A stretch of 54,649 nucleotides of DNA, filler included, from Bipalium vagum (taxonomy: Eukaryota), in the NCBI GenBank assembly GCA_037834085.1. It is 3 parts of 3 records of this genome, joined end to end, with 100 filler letters (N's around TTAATTAATTAA, not from the genome) between each part and the next. Parts side by side here need not be neighbours in the genome. Positions count along the whole stretch, not along the records: positions 32,957 to 54,649 come from JBBMKC010233391.1; 2 more parts are not named here. One strand, 5' to 3'. A program made the position numbers and the translations under genes. The notes below the pieces were generated by a model that was given only the letters and a program-made list of their open reading frames with translations, had not been told where the DNA came from and did no database searches. Shown here in pieces: positions 37,769-49,917 of the stretch (its first letter is position 1; every line of letters begins with the position of its first letter).

Positions 37769-40755
37769 TGTTACTATTATACTTTAACAAAGTAACCTTA
37801 GCTCGTCTGTCAATAACTCCTCACTTTAATAATATTGTGCTAGTAATTCGAGTAAACTCAACTTGAATCAAAACTCTAACAAAACCTTATCTGCTCTCTA
37901 ACTGAACTGAGTGCATGCAACATGTGAGTATTTAAACTGATTTCTAATTTTTAAATTTTTATGTTGTGCATAATTTAAATTTTTAATAAATTGTAAATTT
38001 AATTTTAATATTTATTTAATTTAATTTTAATATTTATTTTAAAATAATTTTTATATTTATTTTTATTCGCGCAATATATTAATTAATTAAAAATGGAAAA
38101 CTTGTTTAAGTATTATTGTTTTATAAAGCATTCAAAAATATATTGTTCAAAATGACTGACTTTGTTGATAATGCAGCTAACATGACGACCAACACCAGAT
38201 AATTCTTAGCTGAATCCCTCAGGCCTGATTTATTTCAAAGATCAGATGATGTCGATAAGTTTCTACACAAGTGTAAAGATTATTTAAATATTATTACCCA
38301 AAAACGTTAGAGGATTAGCCGTCATTGGATTGATGGAAAACAAACTTCGAGAGAAGTACGAATTAACTGATCCAAAGACTGAATATGAAGAACGAATGAG
38401 AAAGGCATTCGGGAAAGTAAAATCAAGGAGAAAGGACCTTAAAGAACTTTTCAATTATAAGCGTGAAGAAGAAGATGTGGACATGTATGTGAAAATAATC
38501 TCGGAATTTGCTGACCGATTAATGGAGTACACGTGAGACAAAGAAACGCTGAAGTGAATTATTGCTACACTGTTGTAATGAAAAAGAGATGTGGCAACAC
38601 TTACAAAGGAAAGAAAAGACGGATTCAGAAGAAATTGTATATGAAATGAAGAGATTTGATAAAGGAAGATTGATGCCAGAAGAAGTAAATGTGGTATCGT
38701 ATAGAAATGCATTAAGAAAAAGAGTCGAAAACAGAAAACCAAGCTTCGCTTATCACAAGCCTTATAATAATAGCGTGTACAAAAATGAAACAAGACAGCA
38801 GCCGGAAAAAACCAAATCAAAGGTGGTCTGTTACAGTTGTAACAAAATAGGGCACATCAAAAAAGATTGTCTAAATCAAAAAAGAAGAAAATGTTTTGCA
38901 TGTGGTTCGGAAGACCATATAAGAAGGGATTGTAACAGAGTAAAGTGCAATCCTTGTTATGGAAAGGGCCATCACGAAAGACTGCTATACCAGTGAGTAT
39001 AGAATAAGAACTATCAGACAACGATATAATTATAACAGAAATAGAGGGACGGAATATAGAAATAATGGATTTCAGAGAAGTGTGAACGAGATATCAGAAG
39101 AAACGGTAGAGGCGTTTTCAACATTAGAAGACAGAGAAAGACTGTATAAAATTGGAGAAAGACAAGCAGATTCGTATTATAAACAATCAAAAGGACGGGT
39201 TCCGTCCGAAGTCGAGTTGATCGGAGCCTTGAACTAGACGTAGGAATACAGTTTTGCAATGAGAGAAATGTAATAGAGAATGTGAAAAGTGATAGTGAAA
39301 ATGAAAAAGTGTTAAGAGAAAAGAGGGAATTGGAAAAGTTGATTAGATTTTTAAAGAAGAATTTTGAGAATGGAGCCGAAAAGGAGATAGTAACGCTGAA
39401 TAATTTTAAAGAACAGAGTATTAAATATAACGTGATGAAAGGAAGGCCAAGTATAGCTGTTAGTATAGATGAACACGAAATGGAATGCTTACTGGATACT
39501 GGAGCTGGCATAAATGTAATGAGTCAGAATAAATTTCTAGATCCGTGGGATATTGGATGTACAAAAATGATGAAGCACGAAATCAAAACTAATGGTGAAC
39601 CAATTAACACGAAACCGTGGAGACAGCCAATGCATCTGGAAGAGAAAATCGATGAACCAATAAAGAATTTATTTGAGAACGGAATAATAAGAAGATGCAA
39701 CTCACCATGGAACACGCCACTAATTTGAGTATGGAAAAAAGAAAGAAAAGATATCAGATTATGCTTAGATTTTAGAAAGCTGAACCAGGTAACTGAACGT
39801 CGGGCTTTTCCAATGCCAAATATAGAGGATCTACTGGATAGATTAGAAGGAGCTAAATATTGACTTGGGTAATGCATACTACCAGGTTGAATTGACGACA
39901 GATTCACAAGAAAAAACTTCTTTGTCAACAAAAGAAGGACAATTTTGCTTTACAAGAATGCCTTTTGGTATAGCCGCTGCTCCGGGAACTTTTCAAGAGT
40001 TAATGACGAAGGTTTTAAGAAAATTGAAAAATACGATGGTCTATTTAGATGATATTATGATTAACACAAAAGATATAGAATATCATTACGCCGTTTTAAA
40101 TGAAGTGCTAAAAAAGCAGGGCTTAGAGTGAATCCATAGAAATGCCGTCTACTCAGAACAGAAGTCAAATTTCTAGAACATGGAATTGACAAGCAAGGAA
40201 TCGAGGCCAAAATGCGTAAAAAAATTTAAGAACCTTTCTGGGCATTTGTAATTATTATCGGAAATTTATGAATGGGTATGCAAAATATCAAGAGTGTTAG
40301 AAAAATTGTGTGGGAAGAACAATGAAAAATTAATATGGACCGAGACATGTAATGTAGCCTTCCAAAAAATGAAAGAGTCGCTAACAAAAACTGTTTTCCA
40401 GACATTAGAAGAACGTTTATATTAGAAACTGAGGCCAGTGTTGAAGCGATTGGAACAGCGTTGTCACAGACAGACGAAAATGGAAAAGTGAGAGTGATCC
40501 CGTACGGATCACATGCAATGAACAGTCATGAAAAAGGACATTGCATCACAAGAAAGGAACTATTAGCAATCTATTACTTCTGTAACCACGTTAAGCATTA
40601 CTTGTATGGGAAAAAATTTCTAGTGAGAACAGATCACAAAGCAATAGAATTCATGTTCAAGACGACAAAACCAATAACCACAATTTCAGATGTGGATGAA
40701 CTATCTCAGTAGTCTACATATAGAGCTTAAATACAGGAAAGGAATTGAGCACACA
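37769..40755 (+). mobile_element. Ty3/Gypsy LTR retrotransposon, degenerate and 3'-truncated before integrase
   Basis: TGTTAC LTR-like start. Gag from 38152 has three CCHC knuckles (CYSCNKIGHIKKDC, CFACGSEDHIRRDC, CNPCYGKGH..). Protease LLDTGA; RT SPWNTP / CLDFRKLN / RMPFG / YLDDI; RNase H ..ELLAI..RTDHK. Confidence 0.95.
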
Positions 40756-40769
40756 AAAATCATTAATTA

Positions 40770-41254
40770 TATCTTGAACATAAAATTCACGATATTGTGA
40801 TTTAATTAATTGTTCATAATTCCTTTTTAAATATATACCTAATGATACATAATAATAATCGTTTTTGTTGTATTTCTTTAGTGCTATTATCATTGTTAAC
40901 AATTTCATCAGATTAAATGTTTCAAAATCACCATAATACAAATGCAAATTTATTCTTAAAATCAAAACTGTTACATTCACAATATTCTTTATCATTAAAT
41001 ATAGCTTTTTTTTCTTCTTGTTCTTGACACAACTTTATATGTTCATTTAAAAGATTTGGTGATATATATGATTTAAACATTTTAAACAAAGATGTTTACT
41101 ATTTTTATTATTAGAAATTATGTTTATATTTTTACACAAAACGTATTAATTTATATAATATCAAATTATTTTCTATCTTCCAAATTTGGTTTTACAAAAA
41201 AATTATCCTAATATATTGGTATATGTTTTTGCTATTTTGCAATTCAAATACATT
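40770..41254 (-). mobile_element. Polinton pPolB fragment: zinc-finger-like region and Exo I (copy B)
   Basis: 'KHLCLKCLNH...LLNEHIKLC' followed by 'YGDFETF' (the YADFE Exo I motif). Confidence 0.75.
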
Positions 41255-41256
41255 TA

Positions 41257-42437
41257 TTAGGTGTACAACTATGACTCTTGCTTTTTTTAAAATGATAATA
41301 AAAATTTTGTTTTTATACATATCTAAATTATATTGAATTTATTTATAAACAAAAATATATAATTAATAATATCACGAGGCAGTTATTTTAATATTCCTTG
41401 TTTAAATATTATAGCGATTCAAAATGTCAATATTCATCCCAAATAAACGACATTTGCGGAAAGTAATTCTACATTACTTTATTGCCAAGCAAACTACAGC
41501 GGAAACGTTTCGCTTGCTTCGAGATACCTATGGAGAACCTGCTTCTTCGATGACCACATGTAAAGATTTGTTTTGTCGTTTTAGAAATGACGAACAACAA
41601 GAAGCATGGGAAGACACAAAAACAATGTGAAGATAGAGATTTGAGAAGGCTGTTGGACGAAGACCCATGCCAAAAACAATCTGATCTGGTTGTCGCATTA
41701 AATGTAACTCGACAATGCATTTGACAGAAAGATGCACTGAACGACGAAAAAAAATTTGCGATGTCCTTCTTCAGAGACAAAAAAAGAAGTTTTTTGCATC
41801 GAATAATCACAGGAGACGAAAAATTGATTCGTTATGACAATCCAACGCACAAAGAACCTTGGTTGATGCCAGGTGAACCCGGTCCATCAACACCGAAACA
41901 AAATGTCCACGGTTTGAAAGTTATGTTGTTTATCTGGTGGGATCAGAAAGGAGTGATCTATTATGAATTTTTAAAATCTTCTCAAACACTAACTGGTGAA
42001 CTTTATCGATCACAATTAATTTGTTTGAAACAATATTTGAATGAAAAACGACCGGAATCAGTGACTATACACAAAAAGATAATTTTAAAACATGATTACT
42101 CAAGACCACACGTTAATTCAGTTGTAAATAATTACTTAGAAGGTACAAAGTGGGAAGTCTTACCTCATCCGCCTTATTACCATTTGTTCAGCTCTTTGCA
42201 ATCACCGTTTTCCGGAGAGTGGTTCAGTTCCCTTGAAGACCTCCAGAATTGAATTGACAGCTGGATTTCATCAAAAGAGCCAGAGTTTTTCTTTCATGGA
42301 ATTTATTCGTTACCTGAAAGATGAGCAAAGGTTGCAGCTTCCAATGGAACATATTTTCAATAAATGTTTTTAAATAAAATTTGTAATAAATGTCTGTTTT
42401 TTTATTAAAAAAGCTGGAGTCTTAGTTGTGCACCTAA
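41257..42437 (+). mobile_element. Mos1-like (mauritiana subfamily) mariner, both ends present, inactive
   Basis: TA|TTAGGTGTACAACT...AGTTGTGCACCTAA|TA. N-terminus 'MSIFIPNKRHLR', then 'RIITGDEK', 'HDYSRPH', 'WEVLPHPPY'. Confidence 0.95.
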
Positions 42438-42439
42438 TA

Positions 42440-42920
42440 TAATTCAATTTCAGTTTACGATTTCAAATACATGTATATTTATATTAATATTGTTTTGCTT
42501 TTTAGATCTCTTAACATCATCTATCTTTACTGGAAAAGTAATACCATATAAATTTAATTCATTAATAAAAGGAATATATTTATTTAATCTTTCTGAATGA
42601 ATGATTGCTGATTGACAATTAGCTTTTACAGAATAAATAAAACATCATTGTTTTTAATATTATTTGTTTTCTCAGATTTAAAAGGTAATTTTATATACGA
42701 GGATCCAACTAATGACTGATATTTGATTAAATAAATTTGAATAAAATTTATATTTACAAACTTCAATCTTGAATACGTTAATCTTCTTTCTTCAAAAATG
42801 TATTGAAGATGATTTTGTATTGATTTACTTATATTATTTTTAATAGATTTTGGATGTGCATAAAACTAATATATCAATTCTTTTTCTTTGTCAATATCTC
42901 ATAAATTCCCACTAAAATGA
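42440..42920 (-). mobile_element. Polinton pPolB N-terminal region (copy B)
   Basis: 'NIKNND.CFIYSVKA...ERLNKY...ELNLYGITFPVKIDDVKR.KKQNNININIHVFE' matches Polinton INIxNxDxxCF..GIxFPV..INV. Confidence 0.8.
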
Positions 42921-42989
42921 TTTTTTTATTCATATTCTAGAGATAGAATGTTTGTTTATTTCATGCATTTCCATACTACTCACGAAGGA

Positions 42990-43880
42990 GATGCAGTAAT
43001 GGTTTGTGTCTGGATCTGGTCATTCATCATAAAACAAAAAAGCTCATCCTTATTCTTGACATCAAAGTGCCTTATGATTATGTCAAAAACTTTTCGACCC
43101 ATAGGGATGACAATCACCATAAATACACGTCTTGGCCGACTAACTGGCTTGATTTACTTAATGTGGGCTCCCTAGGGTCCTGGGACCCAGCGAATGACGC
43201 CCCACTGAAAAAATTCTGTCTCAGCAAAGACCAACGTGCATCCCTCGACCACCGTCTTCTTACTACTGCCGTCCGCGAATCATTCCATATTTCCCTCAAC
43301 CATATGGCCTCTCCAAACGCTTCTCTTAATGTACCTTCATCATAGCTCCAATCTCTATCCGTTATTTATTTATTATTATTTATGTCTACTACACTTATTT
43401 CATATTGCCAAATACTCTCGAGGCTTGCATACCTCTCCCTCCTGTACTGTTTCCCAGCTCAACTCATATGTCTGTTGTTGTATGTGTTGTGTAGCCCTGT
43501 ATAATGTCTATGTAATTTTTTTGTGTTTTCATTTTTCTAATTGTTATACCTCATAGCTGATTAGTTTGTAGTTTTCCACAGTAATTGCTGGCACCCGTGT
43601 TCCCCTTGTATGTATTTGTATGACATTTTCCTGCTCTCTGTTGACAAATGTAGCATGCAATGAGAGCAGAGATCATTTGGTCTCGATAATGAGCCCAATG
43701 TGGTTTATCCCGATTCCTGAATTACACTAATGTTTAGCTTTAAGGTTCTTCAGGGGTCGCAGACGGATCACATGGGCCACAGCCAGAGACTGGAGGCACG
43801 TATGACATAAACAATTACTGTAAATATAAATCTGATTACTATACACTGTACAGATGTGAAGTGTTATAATAAATATAACT
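42990..43880 (+). mobile_element. 5'-truncated non-LTR retrotransposon (NeSL/Utopia-like restriction-like endonuclease) with 3' UTR
   Basis: ORF 43004-43345 'LDLVI...ILDIKVPYD...KY...VGSLGSWDPAND' matches PD..D..K / GALGSWDP. A pyrimidine-rich tail ends near AATAAA at about 43868. Boundaries approximate. Confidence 0.8.
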
Positions 43881-44439
43881 TACTGTTATTATCATTATAT
43901 ATTATGACCATTTTGTGTAGAATTAAAGTTATTCTTGAGAAAAAGCCAGCTCCTACAGGAAAGAAACTTATTGGACATGTATTTGTTTTGCCACAAGTCA
44001 ATGATACTAAACATACTGCTAAGTTTTGTTAAAGTTATCGAAGCGAACAATAGGTAGATGGAACTCACATAATCATGAATATGATAGTTTATATGCAGAT
44101 TAATGTTTATATCTTCGCTTTATTTAAAATGTAGCAAAAAGTTAATTAATTATTTTAATATCAACAATGAATGTAGAGAAAGTCAAGAATTATTTTATAA
44201 ATAAAGTTATTTAAAATTAAATTATCAGCTAAAATTTTGATAGTTATATTTTTTCTATTGCTTATCCAAACTAAAATTTATCAGTAAGCAAATTGAAATG
44301 TTTAAATGAATTGCATTTATTTAAATATTTGATGTTAATTTAATTACGTGATTTTAAAGAATATCCATTTATGTCTTTGATTATGAAGTTCTGTTTTATT
44401 AATTTATTAATAAATTCTTATTTTTATCTATGGTCTTAG

Positions 44440-44669
44440 GTATGGAATGAATCCTTATCGTGGGTTAATTCCATTTGTTAGTCGTGTTCAATATTGCTGT
44501 GGAACTAGTGAAAAAGTTAGATTAAGAGCTCAGACTGAAATGCAGAACTATTGGGAAAAAAATCATAAAGGACCAAGACCTTATTCGCCACACTTATTAA
44601 TTTATAAAATGGAGCTTCCTATGACGACTTCTCTTTTACATAGAGGAACTGGTATAGCAATGGCAATTG
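44440..44669 (+). CDS. SDHC: Succinate dehydrogenase cytochrome b560 subunit, exon
   Basis: TAG|...YWEKNHKGPRPYSPHLLIYKMELPMTTSLLHRGTGIAMAI G|GTAAAT. RPxSPHLxIY and SxxHRxTG signatures. Confidence 0.95.
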
Positions 44670-44831
44670 GTAAATGCGTACATTTTGATATTTGTTATCA
44701 ATAGAACTCTCTAAGACACTTTAAAAATTAAATTAATTTAGTCAATTGTTATAAGATTTAAATTAATAATTATATGTTCGATTAGTTTTTATCTGGAATT
44801 AACTACTATTTGTAATTTTCCTATAATTCAG

Positions 44832-44995
44832 CATGGGGAGGTATTGGGATAGGTGCTTATTGGTATACAGGACATTTTGGTGAAATGATCAACTATGTGG
44901 AACAAATGCATTTGGGATCGGCGTTGATATTTGGAACTAAATATATTTTGTGTTGGCCTCTGATCTTTCATTATATCAATGGGATGAGACATTTG
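44832..44995 (+). CDS. SDHC: SDHC exon (TM2, heme-ligand region)
   Basis: CAG|(A)WGGIGIGAYWYTGHFGEMINYVEQMHLGSALIFGTKYILCWPLIFHYINGMRHL|GT. HxxNGxRHL motif; phase 1/0. Confidence 0.95.
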
Positions 44996-45382
44996 GTATT
45001 ATTCTTTTTTTAATTTAAATTGTTATTTTCATAAATTAAATTTACAGCAAAAAATCATCTTGTGTTTACTAACATATTTAACACAGCATAAGTTTCTAAA
45101 TTTGTTTTCTAAACTTAACAATTCTTAATGTATTCAAATAAATTTCAACCGTCAAATTCTATATTACTGAAATAATTCTTTAACAAGTGCTTGACACGCT
45201 GATCTATGTGGCAATCGCGAAACTTCTCTCGTGGTGACATACGAATATATTGACTTCTCTGACATGGTACAAAGAGATGACTCTCATCGCTAAAAAAACT
45301 TGATATCTTATAAGTTTTAGATATTGAAAATTGAAATAATTTAAATAAATCATATTACGATTTTTACTAATATATTTTTTAG

Positions 45383-45493
45383 GCCTATGATGCCGCATTG
45401 GGATTTAAAATCAAAACAACAATGACAACTGGTTATATGGCTGTTATCGTATCTATTATCATAGGAACCCTTTTTGCTGCTATCAAAATATAA
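45383..45493 (+). CDS. SDHC: SDHC terminal exon
   Basis: TAG|AYDAALGFKIKTTMTTGYMAVIVSIIIGTLFAAIKI*; AATAAA about 50 nt downstream. Confidence 0.93.
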   Translation, partial: AYDAALGFKIKTTMTTGYMAVIVSIIIGTLFAAIKI

Positions 45494-46684
45494 AGAGTTT
45501 CCGATACAAATTAGTATTTCTGAATCATGAAAATTTTTGTTAAATAAAATCAATTTGATTTCTGTCTTTAATACAGAATAATTATATTAATTCTTCCTAA
45601 AATTTTGGAATAAATCATGATTTGAAATTTTATTGTTTTTCAAATATTAAATTTATGATGTATAATAATGATATTTAAAAAATCGATTATTTTTATTATC
45701 GTTACTTTTTTCAGTTTAAAAATAGATAAATACTTCTGGTTGTTAACGATTTTTAACTAAAATCTTTTACTTCTAGCATACATTATATTTTTTCAATGAA
45801 TAGATTTTTTTGAAAATGCTAAATGAAATAATTTAAATGTTGAAAACAGATTTCATTTATAATAAATAGCTATCTTATTTAAAAACATGAATATAAATTT
45901 TATTTTTAAGATCAATATGTTCGATTCGTTGTAATTAATATATTAGCAGTATTAATAAACAATATTGTAATATATGTTAATAAAATTAATTTACGGACAA
46001 TGTATTATAGTAATAAGTAGTTAGTTCTGCCAAATTGATAATCGGAAGGAGTTTAATGAAAAATCAATTAATTCTGTCATGTAAAGGTAGGTTATCTTTG
46101 ATTTACTTAATGGGATTTGAATTAATACTTGAATTCTCATTCATAGAAGTCTTTTGTGATCTCCCTGATTAGATCTGAAAATTCCTGAGATAAAAATCTT
46201 TGATGCACTGAAAAATACAAAATGAAAATATCCTTAGCTCTCTGATCTATAACTGATTGACATTTATACTACTTTTAATATTATCTAAACTCATTTACAA
46301 ATATTTATTTTTAAAAACACAATTACTGAAACAAATTAATTATTTAATTTAAATAATAAATTTTTAGTTTTTTAATCCTCACATTTTTTCTCAAAAAAAT
46401 TTCTTGATCTTTTCAATGTTTCTGACAACTCATGCATGTTACATAAAGTGTACCCTGTTTATCCCCCAATTTTTTTTCATGAATAAAAACAGCCTTAAAA
46501 AATATATTTGGCACAAAAAAATAATTATACAAAATTACTAAAAAGATACATTTAAAATAATAAGATACATTTTAAATCATATAAATCACTAAAAAATATA
46601 ATCAAAAAATAATTGTACTGAGGACAAATATATATTTTTTAAAAATCGATTTTTATAGTTTTTATTTTTAAAAAAATCACTAAA

Positions 46685-47348
46685 AATGGTATTGTGAAAT
46701 ATCTTAATAAAAAAAATAAGTCATCATGAAAATACAAAAATACATGAAAAAAATATTCAACGAAAAAACAACGACATCGACAAAAAAATCAACGATATCT
46801 ACGAATAAAAACAACGATTAAAAATAAAAATAACATCAATAAAAAAACGACTGAAAAAATTTTATGAACGACTAAAAATAAAAATCTAAATATTCAAAAC
46901 ATTCAAGAAAGATTTCCATTTTTAAAAACAAGAGAAGATATTCAATCACAAATTACAAATAATAAATTTTTTAATAAATTTACAACTAAAAAAAGCCCAG
47001 GTGAATTACATTTAAAATCTTTAAATAAAACAAATCCACTTCACAATTTTACTGGACCTGGAACTCATGTTGATAAACGTTTAGAAAACTATGAAGAAAT
47101 ATTAGAAAATTTTGAAGACAACCAAGATTTATCAATTCTCCCAATTCCAAAATCTGATTCCATTCCAAAAAATCGAATAGATCAAGCAGCAATGAAACAT
47201 GATGTCAAATATATGTCAACAGATTTAAAAGATAGACAGGTTACAGATGTAGAAATGATTTATGAATAATATTCAAAATCCAACTCCAAGAGAAAAACTT
47301 GAAAGAGCAATAGTAAAATTAATTATGAAGATCAAGATCACTTTATGA
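46685..47348 (+). mobile_element. Polinton/adintovirus-type protein with parvovirus VP1u-like phospholipase A2 domain (decayed)
   Basis: 'PGELHL...HNFTGPGTHVDKRL...PKNRIDQAAMKHDVKY...PTPREKLER' gives the Ca-binding GPG loop and catalytic HD. A WYCE..H..H zinc-finger-like remnant lies upstream. Confidence 0.85.
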
Positions 47349-47429
47349 TTAGTATTAGAAAGATCTACAAAGAAGCTCGCAAATGAAAAACTCTATGAAA
47401 AAACAAAAATTCTGACCCCTGAAAAATCA

Positions 47430-47716
47430 AAAATACTTTCAAACAAACTTCATAAATAATTTAGTAAAACTAAAAATTTCCTAAAAGTAAAAGTAAATAA
47501 CAAAGATGATATTTGGTCTGCAGATCTTACATTTGTTCCTGGAGAAAAAGATTGTAAAATAATTTTAAGTTACTTATTTATATACTCGTTTTGCTTTTGC
47601 AGTTCCTTTAAAAAATAAAACAGGCCAAACAATTACAGATGCATTCGATAAGATATTTGAGAAATTTAATAGCAAACCAGAAAAACTTTGAGTAGACAAA
47701 GGAACAGAATTTTATA
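47430..47716 (+). mobile_element. Polinton retroviral-like integrase, 5' part
   Basis: 'DDIWSADL...YTRFAFAVPLKNKTG...KPEKL*VDKGTEFY'. Confidence 0.9.
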
Positions 47717-48983
47717 TTAGGTTTGTGCAAAAATAATGCATCTTTTTGCATTTTTAACTAAACAATACACGTTTTAAAATCTAATTGCTATTCTTAGTAA
47801 TATTCACTTGTTTAAGAGTATTAATTAAATAATAATTTAAAGTAAAATTTAAATATTTCATAATTTTTTTAGAAATGAAAACTGTGTTTTAGATGTCGAA
47901 AAAGGACTTCCGTAAAATATATTTTTATGAGTTTAACCTAGGCAGAAGTGCTGCGGAAACAGCACGAAATATTAATTCAGTATGGTGCATAGGAAGCGTG
48001 AACAAAACAACGGTTCAGCATTGGTTCTTAAAGTTTGAAAACAATAATTATAGTCTGGAGGATAAAGAAGGTCATGGCCGTTCATCAGCTGTATAAAATG
48101 ATCAATTAGAGGCTGCCATCAAATCTCATTCAAGGAAAACCACAAGAGAGGTTTCAAAAGAACCTCAGGTTCATTATTCAATAAATGTGAGACACCTCCG
48201 ACAAATTGAAAAAGTGAAGAAGCTGGACAAATGGGTGCCACACGAGCTGAATGCAAACCAAAAATTACGTCGCTTTGAAGTAGCGTCTTCCCTTCTTTTC
48301 CGTAACAAGAACAATCCATTTCTCAATAGAATTGAAATATGTGATGAGAAATGGATCTTGTACGATAATAGGCAACACTCTTGTCAATGGTTGGGCAAAA
48401 GGGAATCTCCAAAAACCTTTCCGAAACAAAAATTGCAACAGAAAAAGGTAATGGTAACTGTTTGGTAATGCGTACATGGTTTGATCAATTTCAATTTCCC
48501 GGATTCTGGAAAAACGATTACGTCCAACAGTTACTGTCAGCAAATCAACGATATGCACCAAAAATTACAAATTTTGAGTCCAGCTTTGGTAAACAGAAAT
48601 TCTTTCAAATTCATTCTTCAAGATAATGCCAGACCACACATTGCAATATCAACCTTGCAGGAATTTAACGAACTGGGATACGAAATTCTGCCTCATCCTC
48701 CATAATCCCTAGACTTAGCACTCCACTTTTTCAAACATTTACAAAACTTCCTTCAAGGTAAGTGCTTCAACAACCGAGCCGACGTTGAAAACGCCTTCTT
48801 GGAATTTGTGAGGTGCACACAAACGTATTTCTATGTTTCTGGTATCAACAAGCTTATTTTGCGTTGGCAGAAATGTGTGGAATCACAATGATGTTACTTT
48901 GATTAATAAATGTTTGTTTGGTCCTACTTATGATATGCTAAGTTTGAAGTTATAAAAGGTGCATTATTTTTGCACCAACCTAA
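47717..48983 (+). mobile_element. Hsmar1-like (cecropia subfamily) mariner, full length, inactive
   Basis: TA|TTAGGTTTGTGCAAAAATAATGC...GCATTATTTTTGCACCAACCTAA|TA. Motifs 'GRSAAETARNIN', 'WVPHEL', 'CDEKW', 'QDNARPH', 'HPP*SLDLAP'. Confidence 0.96.
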
Positions 48984-48985
48984 TA

Positions 48986-49502
48986 ATAAAATATTTGAAG
49001 ATTTTTGTGATGATAATGAGATAGAAATTTACTCTACAGAGGATGAAGGAAAAGCAGTTGTCATTGAAAGATTTAATAGAACTCTAAAAAATGTAATGTT
49101 TAAAAAATTTACGGAACAGGAAAATAGAAAATGGTTACATCTTTTACGAAATTTAATTAATTTCTATAATAATAAAATTCATAGTTCAATTGGAATAACA
49201 CAAACTGAAGCATCTAAAAGTCCTATGAGCTTATGGCTAATCCTGAAAAGTTTAAGAATGATAAAACTTCTTCCATTTCTCAATTATCCTCAAATTTAAA
49301 ATATAATATTGGAGATAAAGTAAGAATTTTTAAATGTAAAAATAAATTTGAAAAAGGATATACAGCACAATGGACAAATGAAATATTTATTATTAATGAA
49401 ATTTTTTTTACATTTCCAATTGTTTATGGAATTCAAGATTTAAAAGGAGAAAAAATTTTAGGTAGATTTTATGAAAATGAACTTCAAGGAAGCTTAATGT
49501 AA
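48986..49502 (+). mobile_element. Polinton integrase, 3' part
   Basis: 'KAVVIERFNRTLK...YNNKIHSSIG' and 'IGDKVRI...FEKGYTAQWTNEIF...GRFYENELQ'. Confidence 0.92.
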
Positions 49503-49629
49503 AGTAAATATATAATAATATGTTTTTGTTTTAATACTTTTTTTCAATATATTACTTATTTTATATCTTATTAATTTTATATTTTTTGTGTACATTTGTA
49601 CACAGAAACCATAGATTATTACTATGATT

Positions 49630-49712
49630 TCTGTTCTCATTTAGAAAACAGTTTTAACTGTGTTCACTTTGAAAACAGTTTATTCTGTGTTCACCTCCGA
49701 CACAGTTTTGAA
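49630..49712. repeat. Degenerate ~26-bp tandem repeat, about 3 copies
   Basis: Units resemble CTGTGTTCACTTTGAAAACAGTTT. Confidence 0.6.
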
Positions 49713-49917
49713 ATGGTCTCCTAAAAATAACTATAAAATCTAAAAATAATTATAAAATCGATATATATATATATATATATAATTCGAATATGATCTAAAA
49801 TAATTATCGTTTGAATTGGTTTTATAAACTATCATGTTAATTGTATAATACTATTTAGTTTTATCATTCATTTTTCAAAAATATTTTCACAAAAATTCTC
49901 AAATTTTTTCTTAAAAA

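Noticed and set aside
38455-39931. Long minus-strand ORFs (121-165 aa)
   Set aside because: Antisense shadows of the purine-rich Gypsy gag-pol strand.
43670-43740. Hammerhead ribozyme in the retrotransposon 3' UTR
   Set aside because: No intact CUGANGA...GAAA core with compatible stems.
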